Virus record (IMG/VR): IMGVR_UViG_3300028550_004390
Coordinates: 2,734-66,733 of that record
Source: a virus
Length of the DNA: 64,000 nt
Strand: one strand, 5' to 3'
The notes below the pieces were generated by a model. The model ran no database searches, was not told the DNA's origin, and saw only the letters and a program-made list of their open reading frames with translations. Positions 37,388-47,800 of the stretch are shown here, piece by piece. Position numbers and translations under genes: made by a program. Position 1 is the first letter of the stretch. The number at the start of each line of letters is the position of its first letter.

Positions 37388-38745
37388 TTTTCAGTGTGGT
37401 AATCTACGAACAGATCCAATACTTTTTTACGGTATTGCATTTGATCTTTTTTAATACTAGGGTTTTTTAGAGGTGCTTTGGTTCTATCCAATATCTCTTT
37501 TGGGATATCATCTTTGAAAGCTTCCTTTAATATAGATTTGTGAGTTCGATCCTTTAAATCTAAAGATCTAGCAAACCTGATAACGTCATGGCCTAAAAAT
37601 GGGGATCTCAATTCGATGGTGTGTGCCATAGACATACGGTCAAGTCTAGGTAAGTGGTAGTATGTTAGTTCGTCGAAGATGTCTGAACCTTGAGAATCGT
37701 ACTCATCTATTCTGCGATAGCCTCCGAATAACTCATCAGCACCATCTCCAGATATAACTATTCTATGTCCAGTTTTAGCAACTGCTTCGAATAGGTGGTA
37801 TTGAGGAATCACCGAACCTAAGTCAATAGGAGTCTCATTCCATTTACAATATATTTCAGACAGCTTAGATTCATCACTAAGGTCATAAGTAAGTCTATTA
37901 ACTTTAATTCCCCAGTGGTCTTCACAAAGCTTTACATATTCATCTTCGCCATTGGAAATGGTATAATAAGTTACGTCTGCACCAAGATCCTGTAATATAG
38001 AAGTTATAATAGTTGAATCAAGCCCGCCAGATAATAATACTGAGATAGGGTAGTTCTTTGATAATAGCCTGCGCTTTACTGACTCAACCATGATTTCTTT
38101 TAGGGTCAAGTCAGGTGGAGAACCAAAGGTTACATTCTCTGATATCCTCATTGCTCGGGGTTGACCGAATCTATAGTTATACCAATACTTGGGATCCAAC
38201 CTTTTTATCCCATTCCATGGAGTTCTATTGTCATGGTTATATCCAAACTTATGAATAGCTCCAATATATGAATCGTCTATGGTATCATATGGTAGGATTA
38301 AGGGCTCAATCTCCGAACATACTTCACCATGGGTATTTATATACAATTGCTTCTTTCCTAATGGATCATTCATCGTAGTTATCATTTTAGTTCTAGCATC
38401 ATAAAGAACTATAGACCAAAACCCATCCCATTGGGATATTCCTCTTTCATACTCTCGGATTTTATCTAGGTCTATAGATCCTATATTCTTGAAGAAATCA
38501 ATGAGATATTCTGTGTCCGAGTCATACATCTCGGTATCATAATTGAATATCTCACCATTAAATAGTAAATACAAATCTGGTGCATACTCATATGGCATTG
38601 CCCATTTATCGTTGTCTACAGTTTGAATTGGCAACCTATGGTGTGATAGTCTTATATGATCTACCATAATAGTTTTGTGTTCTGTTCCGCGATGACTTAT
38701 GAGGTGAGTCCTATCTCTACCTCCTGAAATTGATATTCCGCACAT
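37384..38745 (-). CDS. asparagine-synthetase-like glutamine amidotransferase
   Basis: MCGI, HRG, HHRL, FNGEIFN, LLSGGLDS, SGDGADELFGGY, DRMSMAHTIELRSPFL. Confidence 0.9.
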   Translation of the reverse strand: MCGISISGGRDRTHLISHRGTEHKTIMVDHIRLSHHRLPIQTVDNDKWAMPYEYAPDLYLLFNGEIFNYDTEMYDSDTEYLIDFFKNIGSIDLDKIREYERGISQWDGFWSIVLYDARTKMITTMNDPLGKKQLYINTHGEVCSEIEPLILPYDTIDDSYIGAIHKFGYNHDNRTPWNGIKRLDPKYWYNYRFGQPRAMRISENVTFGSPPDLTLKEIMVESVKRRLLSKNYPISVLLSGGLDSTIITSILQDLGADVTYYTISNGEDEYVKLCEDHWGIKVNRLTYDLSDESKLSEIYCKWNETPIDLGSVIPQYHLFEAVAKTGHRIVISGDGADELFGGYRRIDEYDSQGSDIFDELTYYHLPRLDRMSMAHTIELRSPFLGHDVIRFARSLDLKDRTHKSILKEAFKDDIPKEILDRTKAPLKNPSIKKDQMQYRKKVLDLFVDYHTEK

Positions 38746-38746
38746 T

Positions 38747-39286
38747 TTAATTATTTCCTTTTAAAAGTTCCCGAAATTCAAGGGATGAAAACATTGTGAA
38801 CTCGTTTGCGAATCTAGTTATTTTTAAATTTGGAAGTGCTTCATGAAGTTCAGACAATAGCTCTTCATATAATAAAACTTCTTTATTTTTAGATGAGTCA
38901 TCCCAAACGTCTTTTGCACCACGTTCACGAGGATTGGTCCCGTGAATATATATTATTTCAGTCTCATCAAATAATCCTTCATTAGCAAAGGTCCAAAGCT
39001 GTTTAACAGCTTCATCCATAGTTACACGATTTTCCATTACTCCCCAAACTAAAACCGTGAGGATACCCCGATCGATGTATAGTTTCTTAGTAATGTGCTT
39101 ATCCCGATTTAAGTGGTGTAGCATTATTTCTTTACTAATAGCAAATTGGTGTGTACCAGGATCATTATTACTTAACTTAAGTTTCCCATACCAAAAAGGA
39201 AATGGAAACTTATAAGTCTTAATGTGTGATTGCTGCAGTAAGTACGTTTTGCCAGTGTTTCTGGCACCTTCAATTAATTTTAACAT
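38747..39286 (-). CDS. P-loop dNMP kinase (thymidylate kinase-like)
   Basis: IEGARNTGKT Walker A; IDRG motif. Confidence 0.75.
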   Translation of the reverse strand: MLKLIEGARNTGKTYLLQQSHIKTYKFPFPFWYGKLKLSNNDPGTHQFAISKEIMLHHLNRDKHITKKLYIDRGILTVLVWGVMENRVTMDEAVKQLWTFANEGLFDETEIIYIHGTNPRERGAKDVWDDSSKNKEVLLYEELLSELHEALPNLKITRFANEFTMFSSLEFRELLKGNN

Positions 39287-39309
39287 CTATAACTTTTATT
39301 TATTGTATA

Positions 39310-39345
39310 CTACAAATATACGAAACTATTGGCGATATAAAAAAT
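39310..39345 (-). promoter_or_regulatory. class B promoter of the kinase-amidotransferase-TS-dut operon
   Basis: Minus-strand TTTTTTAT...TCGTATATTTG, matching the Bacteroidota -7 consensus TAnnTTTG. Confidence 0.65.
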
Positions 39346-39381
39346 ATATCACAGGGTATTTCACAATAGCCCGTAATATAT
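39339..39381 (-). terminator. putative intrinsic terminator after nrdJ
   Basis: Imperfect hairpin ATATATTACGGGCTATT-GTGA-AATACCCTGTGATATAT followed by a T-run. Confidence 0.5.
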
Positions 39382-39404
39382 TCTCGTTATCCAGTCGTCA
39401 CGTC

Positions 39405-41273
39405 TCATAAAGCTTCTACTGTGCAGCTTCCACCACTACAAGCTAATTCTCCAGATAGGTCTGTATTATCTTCCATTTCAATTACACGGGTAAGATCGAT
39501 AGAATTTAAGGACTCTAGCATTGACTCATACTGTGCCTTTGTTATATCTTCAAATGGTGCTTGGACGTATGTTCCTCCGTCATGGGGTAATACTGATAAG
39601 CCATTATAAGATTCTCTATTTTCCCACATCCACTCTCCAACTGGTTCCCAATCTTTTTCTTTAAGAGAAACAGTTGCAGATACATTATGAGTATTAGATC
39701 CATTTCTATGTCCAGGTTTAACCCATTCCGTAGCTACTCTTTTGATTCTTTCTAATAGGTCGAGAGGCTTTTCTGTACGAAGGATTGCTCCTCGTGGAGC
39801 TTTCTGAGGTATGCTGATAACTGCAGTATCATGAGTTCTAAAATAGTCATCTTCAACTAATTCTGGATGGTACTCCATCAGATATCCATAGATAGCTTCA
39901 TTCTTACCAACTCGAAGCCTTCTGATATAATATGTATTGTGCCATGCATGAATTCCGGATGATGTTCCCAATACTAATGATGTTGTTCCTGCAGGTTTTA
40001 CCGTAGTGATTCTTGCTGCTGGGTTAATGCCTAATATTTTAGCCATTCTAGTATTTTCTCTTTTTGCTACGCTTGACGCTTTTTTGAGATCATACTTTAA
40101 TACCTCACCAGAGCCAATACCAGTCATTGAAACTCCAACCAAAGCATCTTTTTCTGTGGTCTCTTTCCAGACTTCTCTAAGGTAGTGAAAGTCCGTATAT
40201 GAAGCTTGGATAGTTCCAATAAATGAAGCGACTTTAACTCTTTCGTTAAAATCTTCTTGAGATTCTATATTAGATACATTTACTTCGCATAGGTTACAGA
40301 ACTGATAAGGCCGAAGAGCAATTTCGCAGCAAGGATTAGTTCCCCAGTCTTTATCATTTGATAAGTAAATTCCTGGCTCTCCAGCTCCGGATAGCTCTAC
40401 ACGTTTCCATAAGTCCATAAAAAATTCTTTTGTTATTTTATGACGCATTAGGACTGCTGAATTGTTTGCACGACCTCTTTGGGCATTTAGTTCCCACCAA
40501 TTTCCAGATTTACAAGAAATCATTTTTTCATCTGTAGCTGTAAATAGACTAATAAGAGCTGCTCTGCGAATACCCCCAGCTAGTACTGCGTCTGCAATAT
40601 AGCAAACAATATCATGTACTTCTAGTGTTGATAACCTGTCACCTTCTAACTTAGACTCAAGAATACCTTCTATTTTTAAAATGCACTCTTTTAGGGGCTG
40701 AGGTCCTGGTGCTTTACCACCTGAGGTTACTAGCATTGCTCCTTTGGGCCTGATGTCAGAATAGTCAAATTTAATTCTGGATCCTCTTTTGTTGCCAAGG
40801 AATGACTTCATAAGCACCTTAATAGCATCTGCCCATCCTTCTATAGAATCACCTATTACAAACCTTCGTTCTCGTTTTGGAAATGGCTTTAGAACGTGAG
40901 GTAATTGATCTACGTGATGATTTTGCACACTATAGCCAACTCCACAGCCGCTAAGCAATAAAAACATTGTTTCACTAAAAGAGTCAATGTGATCTATAGG
41001 TAGATAGCTGCAATTATAAAGTCTGTTAGGAGAAATTTCTATCGGACGACCTCCGAATTGTAAGCTTCGCATAGATGGCAATACTTTTTTAGAATATACA
41101 AATTTGTAGCATTCTTCTATTTCATTAGCCAGGTTAGGGAATTTTTTTATATGCATAGCTTTGTTGCGATCTACTAGCTCTTCCCATGTTTCCCTTCTAT
41201 TTTCATCGGGGGAGTATTTTGCATATTTCATATGCACTGTCAAATCAGACAGGATTTTATTCGATATATTCAT
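39405..41273 (-). CDS. nrdJ: class II (adenosylcobalamin-dependent) ribonucleotide reductase
   Basis: LPSMRSLQFGG, NC, TNPCCEI, TVKPAGTTS, C-terminal CSGGSC; no small subunit nearby. Confidence 0.9.
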   Translation of the reverse strand: MNISNKILSDLTVHMKYAKYSPDENRRETWEELVDRNKAMHIKKFPNLANEIEECYKFVYSKKVLPSMRSLQFGGRPIEISPNRLYNCSYLPIDHIDSFSETMFLLLSGCGVGYSVQNHHVDQLPHVLKPFPKRERRFVIGDSIEGWADAIKVLMKSFLGNKRGSRIKFDYSDIRPKGAMLVTSGGKAPGPQPLKECILKIEGILESKLEGDRLSTLEVHDIVCYIADAVLAGGIRRAALISLFTATDEKMISCKSGNWWELNAQRGRANNSAVLMRHKITKEFFMDLWKRVELSGAGEPGIYLSNDKDWGTNPCCEIALRPYQFCNLCEVNVSNIESQEDFNERVKVASFIGTIQASYTDFHYLREVWKETTEKDALVGVSMTGIGSGEVLKYDLKKASSVAKRENTRMAKILGINPAARITTVKPAGTTSLVLGTSSGIHAWHNTYYIRRLRVGKNEAIYGYLMEYHPELVEDDYFRTHDTAVISIPQKAPRGAILRTEKPLDLLERIKRVATEWVKPGHRNGSNTHNVSATVSLKEKDWEPVGEWMWENRESYNGLSVLPHDGGTYVQAPFEDITKAQYESMLESLNSIDLTRVIEMEDNTDLSGELACSGGSCTVEAL

Positions 41274-41329
41274 AAACTATATTTCCTCTAGTAAATTGGT
41301 GTAGTAATAAGTATCCACATATTTGTATA

Positions 41330-42685
41330 TTACTTTGGATCTGCTTCATTTAATTCTGTAAATTTTTGAGCCAACATTTTTCTCATGAATTCGCTACTTC
41401 CATTTATTTGTTGTTGAGTCTCTTGGCCCTGCAATGTACTAGCTTCGAATATTTCTATCATGCCATTCGAAGCGTTTATTTTGCTTGGTAGGGTTATACC
41501 ATCTGGTCCAAATCTATTTTTAATGACGTGCCATCTTCCTGTTCCAGCAACCTTATCTTCGATCTTACGGGATAGGGATGCTACAAAGTCGGCTGTCATA
41601 ATCTTTGAATAATCTTCTGCAATTTTATCTGCTTGGATTACATCTTCTTGTAGTGCAGATCTATTGGCCTGGGATGCTGTCCAAATTGGTATTTGGTATT
41701 CCCCAGCCATACCTCTAAGATCCTCGTATATGTTTCCAATTTCAAATCTCTTTTCTTTACCTTGGCCTCTTAAAAGGTCTGCATAATCTACTATTATTAG
41801 ATCTGGCTTCTTATCGTTAATTCTGCATCTTTCTAGGTGAGCAGCCAACGTATTAACTCCAGCACCCTTTGTGGGGTAGTACTTAATTGTTAATTGGCCA
41901 GGTAATTCCCCAACCATTTTAGCAACCTTTTCCTGGTGGAAACGTAGATCTTGAGCAGATATTCCTGTGAACACTGCGTCATATCGTAAGCCAACATAAT
42001 GCTCATTTAACTCTAAAGTATAATGGACTACATTAAGGCCCGCTTTAACAGCATTTGCTCCTATATTGACTAATGCCCAAGACTTTCCAATACCAGCTGG
42101 TGCTACTATCACACCTAGTTCTCCGCTACCAAGTCCACCATCAGCTAAGTCATCAATAACACTCCAACCAGTTGTAACAGTATTTCTTACGGACTCTTCA
42201 TATCTTAAGGCTATTTCTGTATTGTAATCATGGCCGAGATCTTTTTCCACCCCGGCTTTCATAGCATCATCAATCTTAACTTTAATTGCATCAAACTCGC
42301 CATGCTGTAGTAGATCTACAGACTCAACTATGGCTTTTTTTAAAGCTTGATTTTTGCAAAAGTCTAAGGTTTTAGTCTTAACAAATTCTAGGTCAGTTGC
42401 CTCGAATTGTTTGTAGATATCCTTTAGATGGGTTTTAATCGTTTCAACTAATAAAGCATTTTCGATTTCACCCAACTGGACTTTCATTACTTCCATAGTC
42501 GGAGCATCTTTATACTCTTGGAAGTATTCCATTATTGTGCCAATTATAAATTGATTTGCTTCAGACTCAAAGAACTTAACATCTAATATGTCAGAAATTT
42601 GTTGTAGAAACAGGCGGTCGGTGAAAAGGGCTGAGATTAACTTTATTTGAAAGTTATAGCCCCAATCGGAAATTCTATCGGTCAT
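41330..42685 (-). CDS. replicative helicase (T4 gp41/DnaB-like)
   Basis: APAGIGKS, TLEL, IVDYADL, WTASQANR, KNRFG. Confidence 0.93.
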   Translation of the reverse strand: MTDRISDWGYNFQIKLISALFTDRLFLQQISDILDVKFFESEANQFIIGTIMEYFQEYKDAPTMEVMKVQLGEIENALLVETIKTHLKDIYKQFEATDLEFVKTKTLDFCKNQALKKAIVESVDLLQHGEFDAIKVKIDDAMKAGVEKDLGHDYNTEIALRYEESVRNTVTTGWSVIDDLADGGLGSGELGVIVAPAGIGKSWALVNIGANAVKAGLNVVHYTLELNEHYVGLRYDAVFTGISAQDLRFHQEKVAKMVGELPGQLTIKYYPTKGAGVNTLAAHLERCRINDKKPDLIIVDYADLLRGQGKEKRFEIGNIYEDLRGMAGEYQIPIWTASQANRSALQEDVIQADKIAEDYSKIMTADFVASLSRKIEDKVAGTGRWHVIKNRFGPDGITLPSKINASNGMIEIFEASTLQGQETQQQINGSSEFMRKMLAQKFTELNEADPK

Positions 42686-42692
42686 ATATATC

Positions 42693-43742
42693 TTATTGTT
42701 TTAAACCTGCCATAGTGTCGAGATAAATAAACGAGTCCCTGAGCCAAAACTCTGGGTTGTTAACTATCTTCATCCTATCATCTTGCAAGTATTTTAAAAA
42801 TTCGGATGGAGCCAAACGGGCTGTCGGCTGCTCTACGATATTTCGAATGGATTCTTTAGCCACTCCAGATATATCAACTTCATGTAACTGCATCAATCGG
42901 AAATTTAGATCTAAAAGCTTTTCAGAGGCTGCTATAGTGTCTAGCACTTTAGCTTCGTCTTTCCTCTGCTTAGCATCTTCTATCACATCATCCATTGAAA
43001 CAATAGTCTCTCCAAATAACATTGGGAGACGTTTCTCTAGTGTTTTCTGCCCAAGGCCTTTAATGCCTGGTATGTTGTCGGACTTATCCCCAGTCAGAGA
43101 CTTATATAGAATATAGTTCTCAGGCCTTAGCTTGAACCGATCTTTCATATCTTCCTTGAAATAAAACTTTTTTGCTGTTGGGGACCAAACTGCTATCTTA
43201 TCATTGATAAGTTGTAAAAAGTCCGTATCCGTAGACATGATAAAGTGTTGGCTTTCTGGCAGGATCTGTTTTGCTATATATGCTATAGCATCATCAGCTT
43301 CTATCTTTTCAGTAGCCATCACAGTAACAGGAAGATGCTCCAAGTACTCAGTCAGTCTATGTATTTGTTGGCCCATAGAAACTCGTTCGTCTTCACCACT
43401 CGAATTAGAATTTATTCGGGTTAAGCGATTATTAACTGTTCTTTGGGCTTTGTAGTTTGGAAATAGCTTTTTACGTCTAGCAGATCCGCCCTTACCATCA
43501 AAACAGATTATAACTCTCGTTGGCTTAATATGCCTTATAGCATATCCAATAGAAAGGAGGAATCCTGTTATACCACCGATATGTATTCCATCTTCGTTAG
43601 TTGCTGGATTACATGTGTATGACCTGATAAACGTATTAAGTCCATCTATCAACAACACCCGGTCGTTAAGCCCCCGAGGGGCAGATTCCTCCTTTAGATT
43701 GGCTAGGATATCTAAATATTTAACCTTGTGGGACATCGTCAT
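42693..43742 (-). CDS. 5'-3' exonuclease / RNase H (FEN family)
   Basis: LIDGLN, FDG, YKAQR, EADDAI, STDTDFLQL, GDKSDNIPGIKGLG. Confidence 0.92.
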   Translation of the reverse strand: MTMSHKVKYLDILANLKEESAPRGLNDRVLLIDGLNTFIRSYTCNPATNEDGIHIGGITGFLLSIGYAIRHIKPTRVIICFDGKGGSARRKKLFPNYKAQRTVNNRLTRINSNSSGEDERVSMGQQIHRLTEYLEHLPVTVMATEKIEADDAIAYIAKQILPESQHFIMSTDTDFLQLINDKIAVWSPTAKKFYFKEDMKDRFKLRPENYILYKSLTGDKSDNIPGIKGLGQKTLEKRLPMLFGETIVSMDDVIEDAKQRKDEAKVLDTIAASEKLLDLNFRLMQLHEVDISGVAKESIRNIVEQPTARLAPSEFLKYLQDDRMKIVNNPEFWLRDSFIYLDTMAGLKQ

Positions 43743-44844
43743 TGCCTATTTCAATGTCATCAATACCTATAGCATCAGTCTTGTAATCCATAATCATGGA
43801 ATCGCAAATCTGATTATATAGCCGGTCTTTCCGTTCAGGGTCATTTAATATTTTAGATTCGAACTCTTTAGATTGAAACTTAATAATCTCTCCAGTTAGT
43901 TCGTCAGTATAGGTATACCAAGCTCCAGCTTGTGCTACTAGTTTTGCATCTTTCATCATTTGTAGCCAAGAGCCATAGTCATCAATCCCACTATCAAATA
44001 GAATATTAAATTCTGCTGTTCGTAGTGGTGGTCCCATTCTATTTTTAACTACTTGGGCTTTGGTTTTGATCCCAATGACTTGGTCTTTACCATTCACTTT
44101 GACTTTGATTTGGCCTGCAGCTTTGAGTCTTAATCTACAACTTGCATGAAAGCCAATAGCTTTACCGCCTGATGTAGTATAAGGATCTCCAAACATAGCA
44201 CCCAACTTAACTCTCAATTGATTTGTAAATATCAAACATATTCTTTGACGTCCAATCATCTGAGTTATCTTTCTCATTGCTTTTGAAAGAATGATAGCTT
44301 TTTGGGTTGCCCAACCTGTCTGGTCGAAATCATCAGCCTGTTCAACTTTTGTTGTAGCTGCTGCCACAGAATCTACTACGATAGTAACCAAACGGTCTTT
44401 ATCTGATTCTCTAACTTTGGTAATAATATTCTCGATAACTTCGAAAATATCTTCAACCGTTTCCAATTGAATATATAGCATCTTAGATACGTCAATACCA
44501 ATACACTTTGCAAAGTCTTCATTCATTGCATTTTCAGTATCAATATAGACAGCTAAGCCACCTTTCTTTTGAGTGTTTGCCAGAAGATGGGCAGCTAGCA
44601 GGGATTTCCCGCTAGCTTCTAAGCCCGTCAATTCTGTTATCCTACCTACAGGTAAGCCTCCATTTTTGCGATTGGAAATAGCAAGGTCCAATATACTTGA
44701 ACCTGTGCTAATCCATTCTCCTAGATCAGTTGGAGTATCCTCCGAACCATCTAGAAAGTACGCAACCTTGAAAGACTTAAACTTCTTGTTTAATGAGTCA
44801 GCTAATGAATTAGCCAAGTCGTCTGTTCTTTGAGCTTTAGACAT
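43720..44844 (-). CDS. uvsX: RecA/UvsX recombinase
   Basis: GLPVGRITE, GLEASGKS, IDTE, VVDSVAA, FTNQLR, GGKAIGFHASCRL. Confidence 0.93.
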   Translation of the reverse strand: MSKAQRTDDLANSLADSLNKKFKSFKVAYFLDGSEDTPTDLGEWISTGSSILDLAISNRKNGGLPVGRITELTGLEASGKSLLAAHLLANTQKKGGLAVYIDTENAMNEDFAKCIGIDVSKMLYIQLETVEDIFEVIENIITKVRESDKDRLVTIVVDSVAAATTKVEQADDFDQTGWATQKAIILSKAMRKITQMIGRQRICLIFTNQLRVKLGAMFGDPYTTSGGKAIGFHASCRLRLKAAGQIKVKVNGKDQVIGIKTKAQVVKNRMGPPLRTAEFNILFDSGIDDYGSWLQMMKDAKLVAQAGAWYTYTDELTGEIIKFQSKEFESKILNDPERKDRLYNQICDSMIMDYKTDAIGIDDIEIGNDDVPQG

Positions 44845-44851
44845 TCAGATC

Positions 44852-45631
44852 TTAGCTAAATAGGTCATCAAATGCAGCTGAGATGTTGTCTGTCTTCTTG
44901 ACACTGGCTGGAGCATCTGCTGCTGTGTCCTTAAATGGACTTTCAGATTTACCTGCTGTTACTGGAGCTGCACCTTCTTCACCACCATTAAGCCAAGTTG
45001 CTAGAGCAGCTTTTAAGTCGTCATATGTACACTTCTTGTAGATGTCAAAGATATCAGTCTGTCCATTCATTACCATTTCAGCAACATTTTTATCTTCTGT
45101 TGCTGGTGTAACATTAGGCTTAACCATGATAGTGGTCTTTGGATATCTTTCGCTTCCTTCTGGAGGAGTATAAGTGATTGTTAAGTCACGGCCTGCTGTA
45201 GGATCTGTGATGTCACCATAATCAGGATCAGCAATAAATGTTAATAATTCTTGGTAGACTTGTTTTCCAAATCCCCACATCTTAACACCTTCTGACTCCT
45301 TCCCACGAATTAATACTGGTAGGTATGTTCGCATCTTAGGCTCAAGCTTCTTTCCCAACTTCCAGTCGTCAGAGTTACCTGATGATTTTAATTGTTCTGC
45401 AAATTCGAGTACCGGATCTGGCTCACCAAAAGTAAGTGGTGATAGATAGTTGCGCTTACCCAAATCATAGTGGAAGTATAGTTCCATAAATGGGTTTTCT
45501 TTATTATGCTGGTAAGGCACTATTCGTAGTTGGTTTTTACCAGGTTCTGGTTTCCAAAGATTCGATGTTCTCTGGTTAGTTGTTTGAAGCTTGTTCAGCT
45601 TATTGCGGATTGCATTTAGATCAATTGCCAT
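44852..45631 (-). CDS. single-stranded DNA-binding protein (gp32-like)
   Basis: WKPEPGKNQLRIVP, WGFGKQVY, DITDP..GRD, acidic C-tail FDDLFS; next to uvsX. Confidence 0.8.
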   Translation of the reverse strand: MAIDLNAIRNKLNKLQTTNQRTSNLWKPEPGKNQLRIVPYQHNKENPFMELYFHYDLGKRNYLSPLTFGEPDPVLEFAEQLKSSGNSDDWKLGKKLEPKMRTYLPVLIRGKESEGVKMWGFGKQVYQELLTFIADPDYGDITDPTAGRDLTITYTPPEGSERYPKTTIMVKPNVTPATEDKNVAEMVMNGQTDIFDIYKKCTYDDLKAALATWLNGGEEGAAPVTAGKSESPFKDTAADAPASVKKTDNISAAFDDLFS

Positions 45632-45651
45632 TGAGTTCTCCTTTTAATTGT

Positions 45652-45700
45652 TAATAGACATGTAAATATAAGACATAACTTCTCAAATAAAAAATTATTT
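45652..45700 (-). promoter_or_regulatory. class B promoter upstream of SSB
   Basis: Near-identical to 26031..26080. Confidence 0.65.
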
Positions 45701-45705
45701 GGTGG

Positions 45706-46629
45706 TTAGTTTTCAAGATTTGTCATATAATCTTGAATAGATAATTCTTTTGCTTTAGATTCCACCATGATATCTAGTGGTAGGCCCCACGAGTTAATTT
45801 TGTCGTGTATATAGTCTGAGTGAGCTTGCGGCTTTATTTTTGGATTATTTTCGTGCAAGGCTTTAGATTCTGAGTAGTGTACACATTGCTTGATTTCGTC
45901 CGGCCAGGTTTTAGATGCTAAGTGTAGTGCAGCTTCTTCGGATAAGTCCCCAGTGCAAAACTGGTGGTGGTGATAGTCGAAGACAATGGGTATGCCAACA
46001 ACTTTGTGTATACCATGATACAAATCCATTACAGAATACATTGAAGCACGGTCGTCGTTTTCTATAGTAAGCCTAGATTGTGCGCCAGGACTAAGACGTT
46101 TAAAGCTTTTGCAGAAGCGATCCATTGCCGATGTTTTATCCCCGTATGCGCCACCAACATGTATATTGATTTTTGCATAGTTGGATTGTGGTAGGCCCAT
46201 TAGATCCATGACTTCCGCATGTTGGTTTAATTCGTGAATAGATTTATCTACGACCGACGGAGTTGGTGAAGCCAAGACCACAAATGGACCTGGATGGAAT
46301 GATAAGCGCTGATTGTATGACTTAGCCAGTGTACCAGCACCTTTTAATATGTTTGATATTTTGGTGTAATCTGGTAGGTCCGATATAGCATACTCCGACA
46401 TCCAAGGAAATATTCCTGATGACATGCGAAATAGCTTGATGCCATTTGCATGATTCCACTTTATAATTTCCACCAAGTCTTTTGAATTTTGCAATGCTAA
46501 TTCAGATGCATACTGAATGCCTTTAGCGTTAAAGGTTTTTTTGATCATTGACCGACTTGTAAATATACCCGACTTGCGAAGGTGGGTATTGATACATGCA
46601 TATCCTAATTGTGTTTCCATTTTATCCAT
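45706..46629 (-). CDS. uvsE: UV-damage endonuclease UvsE/UvdE
   Basis: LGYACIN, FRMSS, RLSFHPG, NIHVGGAYG, IENDD, FDYHHH, HYSES, AHSD, MVESKAKE. Confidence 0.93.
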   Translation of the reverse strand: MDKMETQLGYACINTHLRKSGIFTSRSMIKKTFNAKGIQYASELALQNSKDLVEIIKWNHANGIKLFRMSSGIFPWMSEYAISDLPDYTKISNILKGAGTLAKSYNQRLSFHPGPFVVLASPTPSVVDKSIHELNQHAEVMDLMGLPQSNYAKINIHVGGAYGDKTSAMDRFCKSFKRLSPGAQSRLTIENDDRASMYSVMDLYHGIHKVVGIPIVFDYHHHQFCTGDLSEEAALHLASKTWPDEIKQCVHYSESKALHENNPKIKPQAHSDYIHDKINSWGLPLDIMVESKAKELSIQDYMTNLEN

Positions 46630-46639
46630 TTTGTATACT

Positions 46640-46694
46640 ACTAATATACGACTTATTTAGTAAAGACTACGATATTAATCGTTAAAAAACGTTA
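46640..46694 (-). promoter_or_regulatory. 55-bp class A promoter cassette, copy 5
   Basis: actaatatacgacttatttagtaaagactacgatattaatcgttaaaaaacgtta. Confidence 0.8.
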
Positions 46695-47045
46695 TTTCCA
46701 GAATAGTTGCACACAGATAATACCTGTTGACAAGATCAAGGATGTTAGGGTTTTTATACTGATACCTTCGTTCATAAAGTAACTAGTTAGTAGGGCATAT
46801 GCCACCATGCCAAAGCCAAAGCCTAAAAAACGGCCAGGCCATAATAGGCCATCAAAATACTCATAGGAATACTTAGTTGCTTGGATAAATAGATAGGAAA
46901 TAATTGAACCCATACCGACCGCTAGGAGCAGGGGGTTGCGTTTGAACCATGGCCATAGGAATTGACCATTTACTTGGAACCAAATTAGGGTTTGTCCGCC
47001 GAGGAACAGGCTTATAGCCAGTAGAAGTTTATGCATAATATTCAA
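46692..47045 (-). CDS. 4-TM small membrane protein (DMT/SMR-like)
   Basis: Four hydrophobic helices in ~115 aa. Confidence 0.6.
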   Translation of the reverse strand: MNIMHKLLLAISLFLGGQTLIWFQVNGQFLWPWFKRNPLLLAVGMGSIISYLFIQATKYSYEYFDGLLWPGRFLGFGFGMVAYALLTSYFMNEGISIKTLTSLILSTGIICVQLFWK

Positions 47046-47132
47046 TCTTTAATTAGTACTTAGTAAATATAATAAATCTTTGGTGAATAAAAAAATTTAT
47101 TGGGGGTTATTTTTTAATTATTTTTAATTGTC

Positions 47133-47366
47133 TTATAGGTTTGGAAGTTCGCTAGACTTTCCGACCTTTGGCTGCATACCGCCTACATCAAATGAAATGT
47201 ACTTGCCATTAGATAATTCAACGTAGTATGTACCCTGCTCATAAAAAACCTCTATGACCTTTTTACCTTTCATTACTTTAGAGGCCTGCTTATGGATAAA
47301 TGCATCTTCTATAGATTCATTTGTGAAGGTTTCGTTCCCTTTTCGAATGTCAGTTAACTTAATCAT
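47133..47366 (-). CDS. hypothetical protein with MIKLTDI leader
   Basis: Leader resembles those at 12.6-15.3 kb. Confidence 0.6.
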   Translation of the reverse strand: MIKLTDIRKGNETFTNESIEDAFIHKQASKVMKGKKVIEVFYEQGTYYVELSNGKYISFDVGGMQPKVGKSSELPNL

Positions 47367-47370
47367 AAGG

Positions 47371-47733
47371 CTAAATGTTTCTAAATTTAGGAGCCCCTTT
47401 TACAGCCTGGACATTACGGAAGTCTGAGTCTACATAGATGTAGTACTTTTCACTGTCCTTAGTTAGGTAGTGGACAACAAAGTTTTCCATATCTTGGTAT
47501 GATTTAACGCCTGTGAGTTGGTCATTTGCGATTTCACCATCCCGAGCTACTTTATCTAATGCAGATTTTTTACCAGATGGGAAGTTTTCAAATTCCCAAC
47601 CATTGTCCCACATATTTTGAACGAAGTCAGGAAAATTACTAGCTTTAACTACATCCTGTGGATGCGTGTATGACGATTCGTATAGGTGCTTTTCATTCCA
47701 TTCGCGAATGTTAAATTTTTTAGGTCTTGACAT
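47371..47733 (-). CDS. hypothetical protein
   Basis: 120 aa, downstream of the late motif at 47801. Confidence 0.65.
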   Translation of the reverse strand: MSRPKKFNIREWNEKHLYESSYTHPQDVVKASNFPDFVQNMWDNGWEFENFPSGKKSALDKVARDGEIANDQLTGVKSYQDMENFVVHYLTKDSEKYYIYVDSDFRNVQAVKGAPKFRNI

Positions 47734-47800
47734 TATAATATCCTTTTTTGTTGAAGGGGGGCCTTTAGTGAAAAAACCTTCCTCGATAATTTTTTACATA

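Noticed and set aside
47750-47785. GAAGG...CCTTC possible hairpin/terminator
   Set aside because: Only 5 bp of stem with a large unpaired interior
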